A stretch of DNA of 60,233 bases, the filler included, from Sanchytrium tribonematis (taxonomy: Eukaryota), in assembly GCA_018985235.1 (NCBI GenBank). It is 5 parts of 5 records of this genome, joined end to end, with 100 filler letters (N's around TTAATTAATTAA, not from the genome) between each part and the next. Parts side by side here need not be neighbours in the genome. Positions count along the whole stretch, not along the records: positions 1 to 11,993 come from JADGIG010000234.1; positions 12,094 to 24,084 come from JADGIG010000235.1; 3 more parts are not named here. One strand, 5' to 3'. Of the stretch, positions 11,903 to 22,050 are shown piece by piece. The translations under genes were made by a program, and so were the position numbers. Positions within the stretch are counted from its first letter, which is position 1. Every line of letters starts with the position of its first letter. The notes beneath the pieces were generated by a model. That model worked only from the letters and a program-made list of their open reading frames with translations, did no database searches and was not told the DNA's origin.

Positions 11903-11993
11903 ATGAAACCAGGAGTTCTCAAAAATCTAGTAAATTTTTTTCATTTTTTTAAAATTTTACTTATTTTTAACAAACTCTGTGATATTTTATGTT
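11902..11993 (+). mobile_element. 5' terminus of a second copy of the LINE, running into the contig end
   Basis: 92 bp identical to 4670-4761 (TATGAAACCAGGAGTTCTC...). Confidence 0.85.
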
Positions 11994-12093
11994 NNNNNNN
12001 NNNNNNNNNNNNNNNNNNNNNNNNNNNNNNNNNNNNNTTAATTAATTAANNNNNNNNNNNNNNNNNNNNNNNNNNNNNNNNNNNNNNNNNNNN
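11994..12093. other. Artificial contig linker
   Basis: 100 nt of N surrounding TTAATTAATTAA (stops in all six frames). Confidence 0.97.
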
Positions 12094-13719
12094 AATATTA
12101 TGATGGATCATTTATTTATTCCACGAATTATTGATTTGGGAATGGCTAAATTAAATAATACAAATTCTTCGTCTAGTGCCTCACAAACACGCGGAATTGG
12201 TACAAATCAATGGAGAGCACCTGAATACTGGTTAGCCAACCCTGATAATCTTAAATTAAGGAAACAATATCCATTTGCTGGAGATGTTTACTCATACGCG
12301 ATTGTGATGGGAGAATGCATTACAAAAGAGATTCCATGGGATGGATGTGGTGCGACTGAAATAAAAGAAGCTGTATTGGCTAATCACAGACCCTATCACA
12401 TTAAAACTCATAAAATATTGTTTAATCATCCAATTTATGAAATAATGGAGAGATCTTGGGTAACAGACCCTAAAAAGAGAATGACAATGAGTCAAATATG
12501 TGATGTATTGAATAAATTAGCACCTCAACGGCTTAAAACAGAGACTGAATCACCCAATACTGGTTTATTTGTATCCTCTGTTTCACCCAAAATCAACCCT
12601 CAAACTTCTCAAAGAACCCTGCATTACTCCAATAATAATGTGAATAGCAATCATTCATTAAATGATTTAAGTGATGAAACTTTACCCAAATTAGCATCGA
12701 GTAAATCCATGCCAAAAATCAATGTGTTCAAATCCGGTGGATCTTTAAGTCATTCCAACAGCGTCAATTCTTTAGACTCACAAGATTCTTTAATGTATAG
12801 AAATAGTGAACCAGATATCCATTTCCAAATAAATGATCCGGATGATGCCAATTTGCCAGATGAATATAAAGAAGCTTTAAAATTCTACAAGCAAGATCAA
12901 TTTCAAATGGCATTTCAATTATTTAAGAAATGTGCAGATAACAATAATAATCCAAATGCCATGCTTTATTTAGGGATATTATTCTCACAGGGCAACGGCG
13001 TGAGTCAAAATGACACATCTGCATTATTTTGGTTTAAAAAGGCTGCTGATTTGGGAAATGCATCTGCCATGTTTAGAGTTGGATTTATGTATAGAAATGG
13101 CAAAGGGGTTGTCAAAGATAATAAAGAAGCTTTAAAATGGTTTGAAATGAGTGCGAACTTGGGAAATTCAGATGCTTTAAATAGTTATGGCTACATGTTG
13201 GATAATGGCAAAGGATGTGATGTAGATGAGAAAAAAGCATATAAATATTATGTACAAGCCGCTGAAAAGAATGATCCGCAAGCCATGTACCATTTGGCTC
13301 AAAAATTACAAAAGGGGTCTGGTTGCAAGAAAAATGCCAAAGAATCATTGAAGTGGTATTTTAAAAGTGCGGAATTGGGTAATTCATCTGCCATGTGCCA
13401 AATTGGATTGATTTATGATACTGGCAAGATGGTGAAACGAGATGAGCAAGAAGCTGTGAAATGGTACACACGGGCTGTTGAATTGGGAAATCCGAATGCT
13501 TTATGCAATTTGGGATACATGTATGAGAATGGAAAAGGTGTACCATTGGATTTAAAAGAGGCTATTAAATTATATCAAAAAGGCGCAGATATGGGAAATG
13601 CTTCTAGTATGTATAATTTGGGAGTGATGTACCAAAATGGAAAGGGTGTTAAAACAGATGTGAACAAGGCCAATTTATGGATTGCCAAATCAAAAGAAAT
13701 AAAATCAAGGAAAAAATAA
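12094..13719 (+). CDS. 5'-partial TKL-type protein kinase with C-terminal Sel1-like repeats
   Basis: NIM..IIDLG, GTNQWRAPE, DVYSYA, then repeated A..LG..Y.NG.GV..D...A..W...AA..G units. Confidence 0.9.
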   Translation, partial: NIMMDHLFIPRIIDLGMAKLNNTNSSSSASQTRGIGTNQWRAPEYWLANPDNLKLRKQYPFAGDVYSYAIVMGECITKEIPWDGCGATEIKEAVLANHRPYHIKTHKILFNHPIYEIMERSWVTDPKKRMTMSQICDVLNKLAPQRLKTETESPNTGLFVSSVSPKINPQTSQRTLHYSNNNVNSNHSLNDLSDETLPKLASSKSMPKINVFKSGGSLSHSNSVNSLDSQDSLMYRNSEPDIHFQINDPDDANLPDEYKEALKFYKQDQFQMAFQLFKKCADNNNNPNAMLYLGILFSQGNGVSQNDTSALFWFKKAADLGNASAMFRVGFMYRNGKGVVKDNKEALKWFEMSANLGNSDALNSYGYMLDNGKGCDVDEKKAYKYYVQAAEKNDPQAMYHLAQKLQKGSGCKKNAKESLKWYFKSAELGNSSAMCQIGLIYDTGKMVKRDEQEAVKWYTRAVELGNPNALCNLGYMYENGKGVPLDLKEAIKLYQKGADMGNASSMYNLGVMYQNGKGVKTDVNKANLWIAKSKEIKSRKK

Positions 13720-13894
13720 ATTATTGAAAAATTTAAAAAATCATTCTTGCAAAAATATTTATTTACCACTAGTCGATGAATTGTTGTTTGATACTATATC
13801 TTTAATCTGAGCTGCTTGAGTTGACAACCTTTGTTACTTTAAGCGAAACTCAAAAGTACATTTCCCCTTTTAAACACGGATCAAAATTACAAAA

Positions 13895-15625
13895 ATGACA
13901 TTTGAAGATGATTATGAAATGCCATCACAGCAAGCACAACCATCTCATCTACCTGTTAAATCAAATGGTAAATGGGTGTACCCTAAAGCATCTATTAAAA
14001 CTAAAGAATTGCCTGAATTGCAAACACCTTCTGAATCTTCTGATAATGAATCTGATGCTCCTGTTAGTGCCAAACCATCCTTAGTACTTATAGCCAATTT
14101 AGCCAAAGAAATCATGTCAAATCCGCAATTAAATTACAAATTATTATCAGATTTATTGAAATATGCGCAACATCCTGATTTATCACATAAAGAGCATTTA
14201 TTGAGTATATTATCACTCTGTCGTATATTTTTAGATATTTTACCTGATTATCCAATTAGAGAATACTCTCAAACGGATTTGAGTGCGAAATTAAAAAAGG
14301 ATGTAAAAATTCTTAGAAATTATGAAAATGGATTATTGCAATATTATCAACAATATTTACAATATCTTAATACATTAATCAAGTCAGGATATAAATCAAA
14401 CAATACAAGTGAATTTTCAACTGCATTTACTTGTATAAAGTGCTTAGAACAAATGATAACTTCAAAATCAAATTTCAATTTTAGCAAGAATATCTTGAAT
14501 GTATTGGTATTTCACAGTCATCTGGGCAGCATGACACTATCAGATTGTGAATTAAAGTGTCAAGATGTTTTAATTAGAGTTATTGAGCGTGATACATTGG
14601 GCAGACATTCTTTAGAAATTACCCAATTTATCATCCAATTAATCAACAAACGACAATTAAATGTACATGGCAATATTATTGGATTATTAAAATATGTGAA
14701 AGTGACTCATAAAATATTTAATCCTGTTAAAGCAAAGACATTTGTGCATATGAGTAAAAAAGAGAAAAAGAGATATAAAATGAATAAAGTGATTGAACAG
14801 GAAATGAAAGAAGCAACTAGTACATTTAATGAAGAAGAACAAGCACAATTTCAACGCCAATTACTTGAATGTATCTTTCAAATTAGTTTTAAAATCATCA
14901 AGAAAAGTGACCCAAAAGGAGAACTCGTTTCAGGTGCGATTGAAAATATTGCATTATTTGGGCAATTCCTGAGTTTAGAATTGATCCCATCTATTTATGA
15001 TGAATTGAGACGCATTTTATTCAATGAAGCGTATTCTACTCAAGTCAGAATTAAATGTGGATTCTGTGCCAAATCTCTTTGTTTTAGAGGCACTGATGAA
15101 TTAACTATAGATCTAACGTCATTTCTCAATGGATATTATCAATTATTAGATATATTGACCCCATTTGATGATATGCAATGTTATTTGACCACGCTAAGTG
15201 ATTTATTATGGAGAACACGAGTGACGACCACCAGTGAGCGTACGAGTGCATTTATAAAGAAATTAAGTACTTATTTACTAAGTTGCACGAATCCAGAAGT
15301 GTCCATGGGCATTCTATTTCTAATTAGACTATTTATGATCACATGGCCAAAATGCATTCAAATGCTTGAAAAAGATGAAGAGAAAGTATTTAGTGGCAAA
15401 TTTAATCCATTTAGTGACGAATGCGACTCATCATTTGCTATAGGAAGTAATTTATGGGAATTGCAACACGTGGCTAAATTTCATTATTGCAAAGACATTA
15501 GAGATGCCACTGTGCGATTATTATTGGATTTACAAGATCTGAATATGGATAAAATGATTCAGAAACCAGATCCACGTGAATTGGATGGATATTTCAAGTT
15601 GAATTGGTTCCATTGCTTTGAATAA
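13895..15625 (+). CDS. NOC3: Nucleolar complex protein 3 (CBF/Mak21 family)
   Basis: IFLDILPDYPIR, YENGLL..Y..YL, FNFSKNI, SKKEKK, ERTSAFIKKL, LWEL..HY. Confidence 0.85.
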   Translation: MTFEDDYEMPSQQAQPSHLPVKSNGKWVYPKASIKTKELPELQTPSESSDNESDAPVSAKPSLVLIANLAKEIMSNPQLNYKLLSDLLKYAQHPDLSHKEHLLSILSLCRIFLDILPDYPIREYSQTDLSAKLKKDVKILRNYENGLLQYYQQYLQYLNTLIKSGYKSNNTSEFSTAFTCIKCLEQMITSKSNFNFSKNILNVLVFHSHLGSMTLSDCELKCQDVLIRVIERDTLGRHSLEITQFIIQLINKRQLNVHGNIIGLLKYVKVTHKIFNPVKAKTFVHMSKKEKKRYKMNKVIEQEMKEATSTFNEEEQAQFQRQLLECIFQISFKIIKKSDPKGELVSGAIENIALFGQFLSLELIPSIYDELRRILFNEAYSTQVRIKCGFCAKSLCFRGTDELTIDLTSFLNGYYQLLDILTPFDDMQCYLTTLSDLLWRTRVTTTSERTSAFIKKLSTYLLSCTNPEVSMGILFLIRLFMITWPKCIQMLEKDEEKVFSGKFNPFSDECDSSFAIGSNLWELQHVAKFHYCKDIRDATVRLLLDLQDLNMDKMIQKPDPRELDGYFKLNWFHCFE

Positions 15626-15638
15626 ATAATTTAAAGGG

Positions 15639-16166
15639 ATGATGCAAAAATTTCTCCATCGTATTTTGAGAGGGCAATTGTTCATTGGTAATTTGCCATA
15701 TACTGCTACTGCAGAACAGATCCAGCAACTGATTAATGTGCCTGTTACTGATGTACATCTTCCTAAAACAACAGATGGGAAATCAAAAGGGATTTCATTT
15801 GTGCAGTTGAAGAATGATGCTGATGTAGATGTAGTGATTCAGAGAAATAAAGAATCACAGTTGCAATTAGAAGGCAGACAATTATTCATTCAAATTGCAA
15901 ATGAGAGAAAAAGAAGTGTTTCAAAGCCATCTCTCAAATTGTATGTTGGTAATTTGCCATATGATACGACAAAAGAAGATTTAAGTGGACATTTTCCAAA
16001 TTGTTTGGATATTAATTTGATTACTCGACAATCTGGGGAATTTTTAGGATTTGGATACGTGACTTATGGGACTCAGGAATTGGCAACTGCTGCTTATCAA
16101 GAACATGCGGATAAATTGATTATTAAGGAAAGAAAGATTCGAATTGATTATGATAATAAACCATAG
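15639..16166 (+). CDS. Two-RRM RNA-binding protein
   Basis: LFIGNLPY/KGISFVQL and LYVGNLPY/GFGYVTY (RNP2/RNP1 pairs). Confidence 0.85.
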   Translation: MMQKFLHRILRGQLFIGNLPYTATAEQIQQLINVPVTDVHLPKTTDGKSKGISFVQLKNDADVDVVIQRNKESQLQLEGRQLFIQIANERKRSVSKPSLKLYVGNLPYDTTKEDLSGHFPNCLDINLITRQSGEFLGFGYVTYGTQELATAAYQEHADKLIIKERKIRIDYDNKP

Positions 16167-16279
16167 ATTTTGATGGATCAGCGTGTTTTTAATTTTCAGG
16201 AATTTCAGATGCTGTGATTCGAATTTTAGGAATAACAGGGCTGAATGTACATATTTGATAATGCTGGCACATCTTGACA

Positions 16280-16807
16280 ATGCTTCTTGCTATTTTACTG
16301 ATATTTGGCACATTAAAATTATATTCGAGAGAAGAGGCGCAGCGGATGTTGGATGCTAAGTTTAGAAAATACAATAATATTTTAATTCAGTTAGGGATTG
16401 AAAATATTACACCTGAGATAGTTTTAAGCACTGGCGTACCTAAAAATGTATTGTTATCGAAATCAAAATTGCTGGATCTAAAAGTAGCGAGTGAGTTAAC
16501 GAGATATGTTAACAGTGCCAGCAAAAATCAAATTGATCAGCTGAGTAGAGTTTTAGATGGAGAAACGATTTTAACTTCTATTCTGGCTGCGAAAATTCAA
16601 TCTCGCAAAATCTTTTTGAGCGTAACTGAGACTACTGCACGATTAGAAGCAACTGAAAATAGGGCCACGATTAACACGAATAGTGAAAGTAGAAGTTTTT
16701 TTGGAGTTTTACGTCGTGCAGTGACTACGCCCACTATTAATTTATATGGATCGACAAGAACGGCCTCTCCAACGGCCAAAACAGTGCAAAGACGAATAAC
16801 ACTATAA
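16280..16807 (+). CDS. Hypothetical, probably secreted protein
   Basis: Open frame from ATG 16280, MLLAILLIFG. Confidence 0.55.
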   Translation: MLLAILLIFGTLKLYSREEAQRMLDAKFRKYNNILIQLGIENITPEIVLSTGVPKNVLLSKSKLLDLKVASELTRYVNSASKNQIDQLSRVLDGETILTSILAAKIQSRKIFLSVTETTARLEATENRATINTNSESRSFFGVLRRAVTTPTINLYGSTRTASPTAKTVQRRITL

Positions 16808-16932
16808 AGTGAATCAATAATTGAACACCTAATTTTCGGTAAAATGATAATCATTTAAAATAAATATAAGATTAAACACTCACTGCCACGTTTCCATGCA
16901 AATGATTCGCACAAATTTGCCCCCTGATACAA

Positions 16933-18309
16933 ATGACATTAACAATCCCTACTGTCTTTCCAACAGATTTAGACCCACAGCGCATTGCGGAAATCCAATC
17001 CAAATTTAAACAGGCATACAATCAATCCCCACAATTTGGCATCAGAGCACCTGGCAGAATCAATTTAATCGGTGAACACATTGATTATTCTGGTTTTGGG
17101 GTGCTTCCAATGGCCATTAACAAAGACATCATCATGTTAATGTCATATGAGTACCATCCAAGTGAATTAAATATCCATTTTACCAATACAAACCCACAAT
17201 ATCCCCCATTTTCAATTTCCAATAATTTCGAAATCAATCAAAATGAGTTGAATTGGTCTAATTATGTCAAAGCAGGTATCCGTGGATTATTTGACCATGT
17301 GGGTGTCCCATATGGTACTGTACATGTCCTAGTTGACTCCAATTTGCCATCTGGTGCTGGCTTATCATCTAGTTCCGCATTGGTCATTTCTAGCATCTTT
17401 TTTGCATGTAGAGTATGGCATTTATATTCCAAACATTCCAATTGTGAATTTTATTTGCCAGATGTGTACAAATTGATTGAGTATGCCATTCAAAGTGAAA
17501 CATTGGTGGGTGTGAAATCAGGTGGAATGGATCAAATGATTTCTACTTTGGGACAAAAGAATCATGCTTGTTATATTGAATTCTCTCCTCAATTAAAATC
17601 TACTCCAATTCAGTTGAAATTTCTATCACGTGATCAAAATGAAAATGATCAAATATTATTCGTAGTAGCACATTCCAATGTCCGTGCTGATAAACACACA
17701 ACAGCCCCAATGCACTACAATAAGCGAGTCGTAGAATGCAAAGTAGCCTCTGATTTACTCGGCACTTCTAATCTCCATGAATATTACCAAAAGCACCCAG
17801 ATATCAACAAATGTTTAACAGATATCAATATATTCTGTAAAACTGGATTTACAACCACCCAAATGCTCGCATTATTGAATTTAACCCCAATGCAATTCAA
17901 AATGAAATTTCACAATGATTTTGAGATTCAGGGAGATGAATTACACTTATATAAACGAGCATTACATGTTTTCACAGAAGCAGATCGTGTATTACAAGCA
18001 CAATCATGCGCAACAGTGGCAGAAATGGGTGAATTAATGAGAAAATCACAAGAATCGTGTAAAGACAATTTTGAGTGTAGTTGCCCTGAAATTGATCAAT
18101 TGATTCAATTGGCGATGAGTAGTGGGTATAGCCAAGGATCTAGATTGACTGGAGCAGGTTGGGGTGGCTGTACATTGCATATGGTGAAAAAGGGAGATTT
18201 GAGTGGATTTATGAATGCGATTCGGCCATTTTATGAGGGATTTGAGATGGATGAGCTAGTATTTGTTGTAGAACCAAGTATGGGTGCATGCTATATAGAT
18301 TTACAATAA
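16933..18309 (+). CDS. GAL1: Galactokinase / GalNAc kinase (GHMP family)
   Basis: APGRINLIGEHIDY, PSGAGLSSS, SGGMDQ, GSRLTGAGWGGC. Confidence 0.92.
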   Translation: MTLTIPTVFPTDLDPQRIAEIQSKFKQAYNQSPQFGIRAPGRINLIGEHIDYSGFGVLPMAINKDIIMLMSYEYHPSELNIHFTNTNPQYPPFSISNNFEINQNELNWSNYVKAGIRGLFDHVGVPYGTVHVLVDSNLPSGAGLSSSSALVISSIFFACRVWHLYSKHSNCEFYLPDVYKLIEYAIQSETLVGVKSGGMDQMISTLGQKNHACYIEFSPQLKSTPIQLKFLSRDQNENDQILFVVAHSNVRADKHTTAPMHYNKRVVECKVASDLLGTSNLHEYYQKHPDINKCLTDINIFCKTGFTTTQMLALLNLTPMQFKMKFHNDFEIQGDELHLYKRALHVFTEADRVLQAQSCATVAEMGELMRKSQESCKDNFECSCPEIDQLIQLAMSSGYSQGSRLTGAGWGGCTLHMVKKGDLSGFMNAIRPFYEGFEMDELVFVVEPSMGACYIDLQ

Positions 18310-18386
18310 ATTTAAAGTGAAACTAATTGCCGTTGCCATTTCACGTGGTCTAAATTAACCCTAATTTGCACAGATCACATCTATAA

Positions 18387-19505
18387 ATGCTTCTTATTTC
18401 TGTTCTTTATAGCTGTAAACCAACATTTACACCTGCAAATGAATGCCAACAAGCTCATCAAATGGATAAATGCGTCTTAAAATTGAATAATTATGAATTT
18501 AATTTGACCAAACATCAGACTGCAAATCATTTTCATTATAATGGCCAATTGAAGCATATCAAGACAGATGATTGCTATTATACATCTACTAATCCATTGG
18601 GATCATTTTGGATTTGTAATGGGATTTATGGGTCATTTATTGAAAATGGCACACATTACGAGGTAAATCATGATGGAAATGGATTATTTGGAGATGTGGA
18701 GATTAAACAAGTAGCACATGTGCCATGGTCGTGTCCAGTAAAGGATGTTCAGCCACCTATTGGCATCCCGTGTCAACAAACTGAAAAAACACATTTATTG
18801 CATAAAAGAGATGCTACAACCAAAGTGATTGAATTAGCAGTCTATTTAGATGCATCATATTACAAATCAATTGGTGAATACTCATTTCAGACTGCGCAAG
18901 TCATGGTAAATGGCGCAGTTAATTTATATTTAAACAATGATGGCAAATTTAAAGATGGAAATAGTTTGCATTTGCAGCCAAACGTGATACTTCAATTGGA
19001 TACTGATCCAACTGATGGAATATTGGGAGTGAATGAGGGATTAGTTGCATTTAATGCATTTGCAAATCAATTTAAATCCCAGTTTCAAGATGATTTTGGC
19101 AAATTGCTGCAATCTGATGCGAATATTTTATTGAGTAATCGACCCACAAATCCACCGAATAACAATGGAGTGGCTAAATTTGGTGAATTGTGCATTGGTG
19201 GAGAGAATGGCGTGTATGTTGCTAATGTAAATGCACATACTATTTTGACAACCTCAAGGACTATTGCACATGAATTGGGTCACTTGGTACGGGCTAAACA
19301 TGATGGAATGGATAATAATTGTCCTTCTACAGGATACATCATGTCTGCTGTGTCTACAGATGGAGAGAATATTGAAATGTTTTCAAGTTGCAGTATTTCT
19401 GAGATTGATGATGGCACAGGAGACAAATCTTGTTTGGATTCGCAATTAGATGTATCTGGTACTGCTAATTATGTGTGTCAAGGGTATAACTGCACATTAC
19501 AATAA
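18387..19505 (+). CDS. Secreted ADAM/reprolysin (M12B) metalloprotease
   Basis: Prodomain, dibasic KR, IELAVYLD, zinc motif HELGHLVRAKHD, Met-turn GYIM. Confidence 0.9.
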   Translation: MLLISVLYSCKPTFTPANECQQAHQMDKCVLKLNNYEFNLTKHQTANHFHYNGQLKHIKTDDCYYTSTNPLGSFWICNGIYGSFIENGTHYEVNHDGNGLFGDVEIKQVAHVPWSCPVKDVQPPIGIPCQQTEKTHLLHKRDATTKVIELAVYLDASYYKSIGEYSFQTAQVMVNGAVNLYLNNDGKFKDGNSLHLQPNVILQLDTDPTDGILGVNEGLVAFNAFANQFKSQFQDDFGKLLQSDANILLSNRPTNPPNNNGVAKFGELCIGGENGVYVANVNAHTILTTSRTIAHELGHLVRAKHDGMDNNCPSTGYIMSAVSTDGENIEMFSSCSISEIDDGTGDKSCLDSQLDVSGTANYVCQGYNCTLQ

Positions 19506-19677
19506 ACGCAAAATGCTTTATTTTCAATTTAATCCCCAATTCTGTTTTCATGCTTTTCCTTTGTATTTTGCAACAAGTCATGATTTCATATCTTTAAGTG
19601 ACTCGATTGGCTCCTATTATTTAGCGCGCAAGCATCACAAAGTTATAAAGGAAAACGGTACCCATTTTGGAATCATA

Positions 19678-20784
19678 ATGTTCTTTACAACGATATTTGC
19701 GCATTCTTACATGACGTGTTCGGATTATCACTTTGATACCAACAAATGTTGTGGATTTGGAAGGAATTATGACAAGGGATTCTTAAATACAGGTAAATTG
19801 GGTTATAAATATCAGGGACAGGGTCCAAATGCCGTTTCAGTGGATCCCCAACAAACAGTAGCTTCGTATGGAAGTTATCCAATGGCACAAGTAAAGCCAG
19901 GAGGGACATTAATCATCACCTGGCCACCTAATAATCACAATTTTGGAGGAAATAGTGATGGAGGGTCTCCAAATGTCGATAAAGTGTTTATTTTTAGTGC
20001 TGAAGATACAAAAACACCAATAGCCACATTAAATTGGCGTAATTGCTTGGGATTAGGCACAATTGGGAATCCGCAACAGAATTTACCGCAGTGTTCTGGG
20101 GCATTTAAAGTGAATTTGGCATTAGGAACACATGCACTGATTTGGGCATGGCAGCAAAACAAAGAAGAAGCATATTATACCACTGGATTTGATGTGCTGG
20201 TCACAAATACACCCAGTCAGACTCAATGTTATCAACCAGATATCGTACCACAAAAACCTGAAGGCGTGGCGACAGGAGCCAATGCGACCACAGCAACAAA
20301 TGCAACTACTGCTGCCACATCTGCTGCGGCTCCTGCAGTGCCAGCAACACCTAATGCAGCAGTGGATTCGGCACCTGTTGCTCCTCCTGCACCAGCTGCC
20401 CCAGCATCAGTCCCTCCACCAGTTCAAGCTGCTCCCCCAGTAGCACCAGTTGCGGCCGCCCCAATTCCAGCACCAGCTTCCCCAGCAGTACCTGTGGCTC
20501 CTATTACACCCAGTCCTCCAGCACCAGTGGCGCCTATTGCTCCAACTGCACCCAATCCACCAGCTTCACCAGCAATAGCGGCTCCAATTGCTCAAAGTTC
20601 TCCTCCAGCGCCTGCTCCTATTGCGCCTGCTCCTGTGGCTCCTCTTATTCCCTCAAAACCAGCTACTTCATTACTACCTAGGCCCGCTACTAATGTAACT
20701 GTTCCCAAAAATGCGACGATTCCAACTCTAAAGCCACCAGTTTCACCAGGTGCCACTCGACGGGTTTGTGCCAAAAAAGCTTAG
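19678..20784 (+). CDS. Secreted protein with N-terminal His (LPMO-like candidate) and Pro/Ala-rich tail
   Basis: MFFTTIFA|HSYMTC; second His in WPPNNH; YYTTGFD; long PAP-rich region. Confidence 0.65.
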   Translation: MFFTTIFAHSYMTCSDYHFDTNKCCGFGRNYDKGFLNTGKLGYKYQGQGPNAVSVDPQQTVASYGSYPMAQVKPGGTLIITWPPNNHNFGGNSDGGSPNVDKVFIFSAEDTKTPIATLNWRNCLGLGTIGNPQQNLPQCSGAFKVNLALGTHALIWAWQQNKEEAYYTTGFDVLVTNTPSQTQCYQPDIVPQKPEGVATGANATTATNATTAATSAAAPAVPATPNAAVDSAPVAPPAPAAPASVPPPVQAAPPVAPVAAAPIPAPASPAVPVAPITPSPPAPVAPIAPTAPNPPASPAIAAPIAQSSPPAPAPIAPAPVAPLIPSKPATSLLPRPATNVTVPKNATIPTLKPPVSPGATRRVCAKKA

Positions 20785-20960
20785 TAAATGACAATGTGTT
20801 TCTTTCAAATAGTCAAGTTATTTATTGGTTTGAAGGTATATTTGGTCCATACGTCACTCTTTTAGATCACATTCAGATCATGCGTTGCCCCAAATGTTTT
20901 GACGTCTCAAGGTGATCACGACGTCGATCTTTATAAGATTTTCTACCCAATATTTTATAA

Positions 20961-21858
20961 ATGACATCCCAATCTCAAATATTAGACATCACCACAAAAA
21001 TATCCTCTTCATTTTCATTAATTGGCTCCACATATTTAATTTATCAATTTATCACTCAAAATTCATCATATCGGAATAACTTATCGAATAGAATTATAGC
21101 CTATATGAGTGTATTAGACATAATAGGGTCCATTAATTTCTTTATTGGAAATGCCGTATTTACAAATAAATTCGGATGTATGATTCAAGGCATTTTAGTA
21201 GAATTTAGTGTGTCTGGACCACTCTGGAACTGCTGTTTTGTCATGAATGTGATGCTTAGAGTCGTATTTAATGTCCATAGGGATAGCGCAAATCATTTAG
21301 AATTTTTATATCACTTGGTTTGTTGGGGAATTCCCTTGCTGGGATCTGTCGTGGGAATTGTTCAGAACGCATTTGCTGTAGCTGGAGCGTACTTTTAACT
21401 AATTTAGATGGTGTTGGTTTGGGCCAGAATATGTGGGATTGAGATTTGGCACATTTTACGTAAATTTGAAATTGATGTAGGGATTCGTATTTTTTAGTGT
21501 TTTATTCAATTTAATAGCAACATTGATTGTCGTACTGTTCATCAAGCACAAAACATGTCAATTTAAAAACACAAATTTGATAAAAAGCGGGCAAAGACAA
21601 TTAATTTATGTTGCAGCATTTTTGGTCAGTTTTGGACCCAGCTCCATCACGAGGATATATCAGCTTATTAGTGGGAAACAGGTGTTCTTATTAACTGTTC
21701 TACAGGCTGCTACATTGCCATTGCAGGGATTTTTGAATTGTCTGGTTTATTTGAACATTAAGAAAATGAAAGAAAAACAATTTAGTTTAATTCCATTAAG
21801 TACTACGAGTAGCTCGTTCATAGTTGATGGCTCTAGCCAGCTGTCCGACGAAATCTAA
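20961..21858 (+). CDS. cAMP-receptor-like (CAR/Git3-type) GPCR; introns 21389-21407 and 21460-21480
   Basis: Splicing gives a continuous multi-pass protein ..GCMIQG..YHLVCWGIP..AGAWCW..PLQGFLNCLVY. Confidence 0.85.
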
Positions 21859-22050
21859 TAAATCGCGTTGTTTGCAACGACTCACATCTCTGCTTGCACC
21901 TTGCTTCTGGTAAATTGTCAATATCCGCAGTCCAATCAAACCCGTGCAAATTAATGCAATAGAAATTACCCCTGTACACAGACCGTTTCCGTCAATCAGA
22001 GGACAGTATCATCATTCAAATGCAAACAGTCGCTTTTCACCCAAATCGCA

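Noticed and set aside
4670..11993. 92-bp direct repeats read as LTRs of an LTR retrotransposon carrying an EEP gene
   Set aside because: The internal protein is APE plus non-LTR RT with no protease, integrase or PBS, and the EEP pieces flank the element as interrupted host genes.
12038..12049. TTAATTAATTAA palindrome recurring every ~12 kb as a biological repeat
   Set aside because: Always centred in a 100-nt N block; a six-frame-stop linker.
19450..19677. Long N-terminal extensions in the ORF track (also 35870-36001, 50429-50494, 59855-59992)
   Set aside because: They overlap neighbours or promoter DNA; downstream ATGs give coherent leader peptides.
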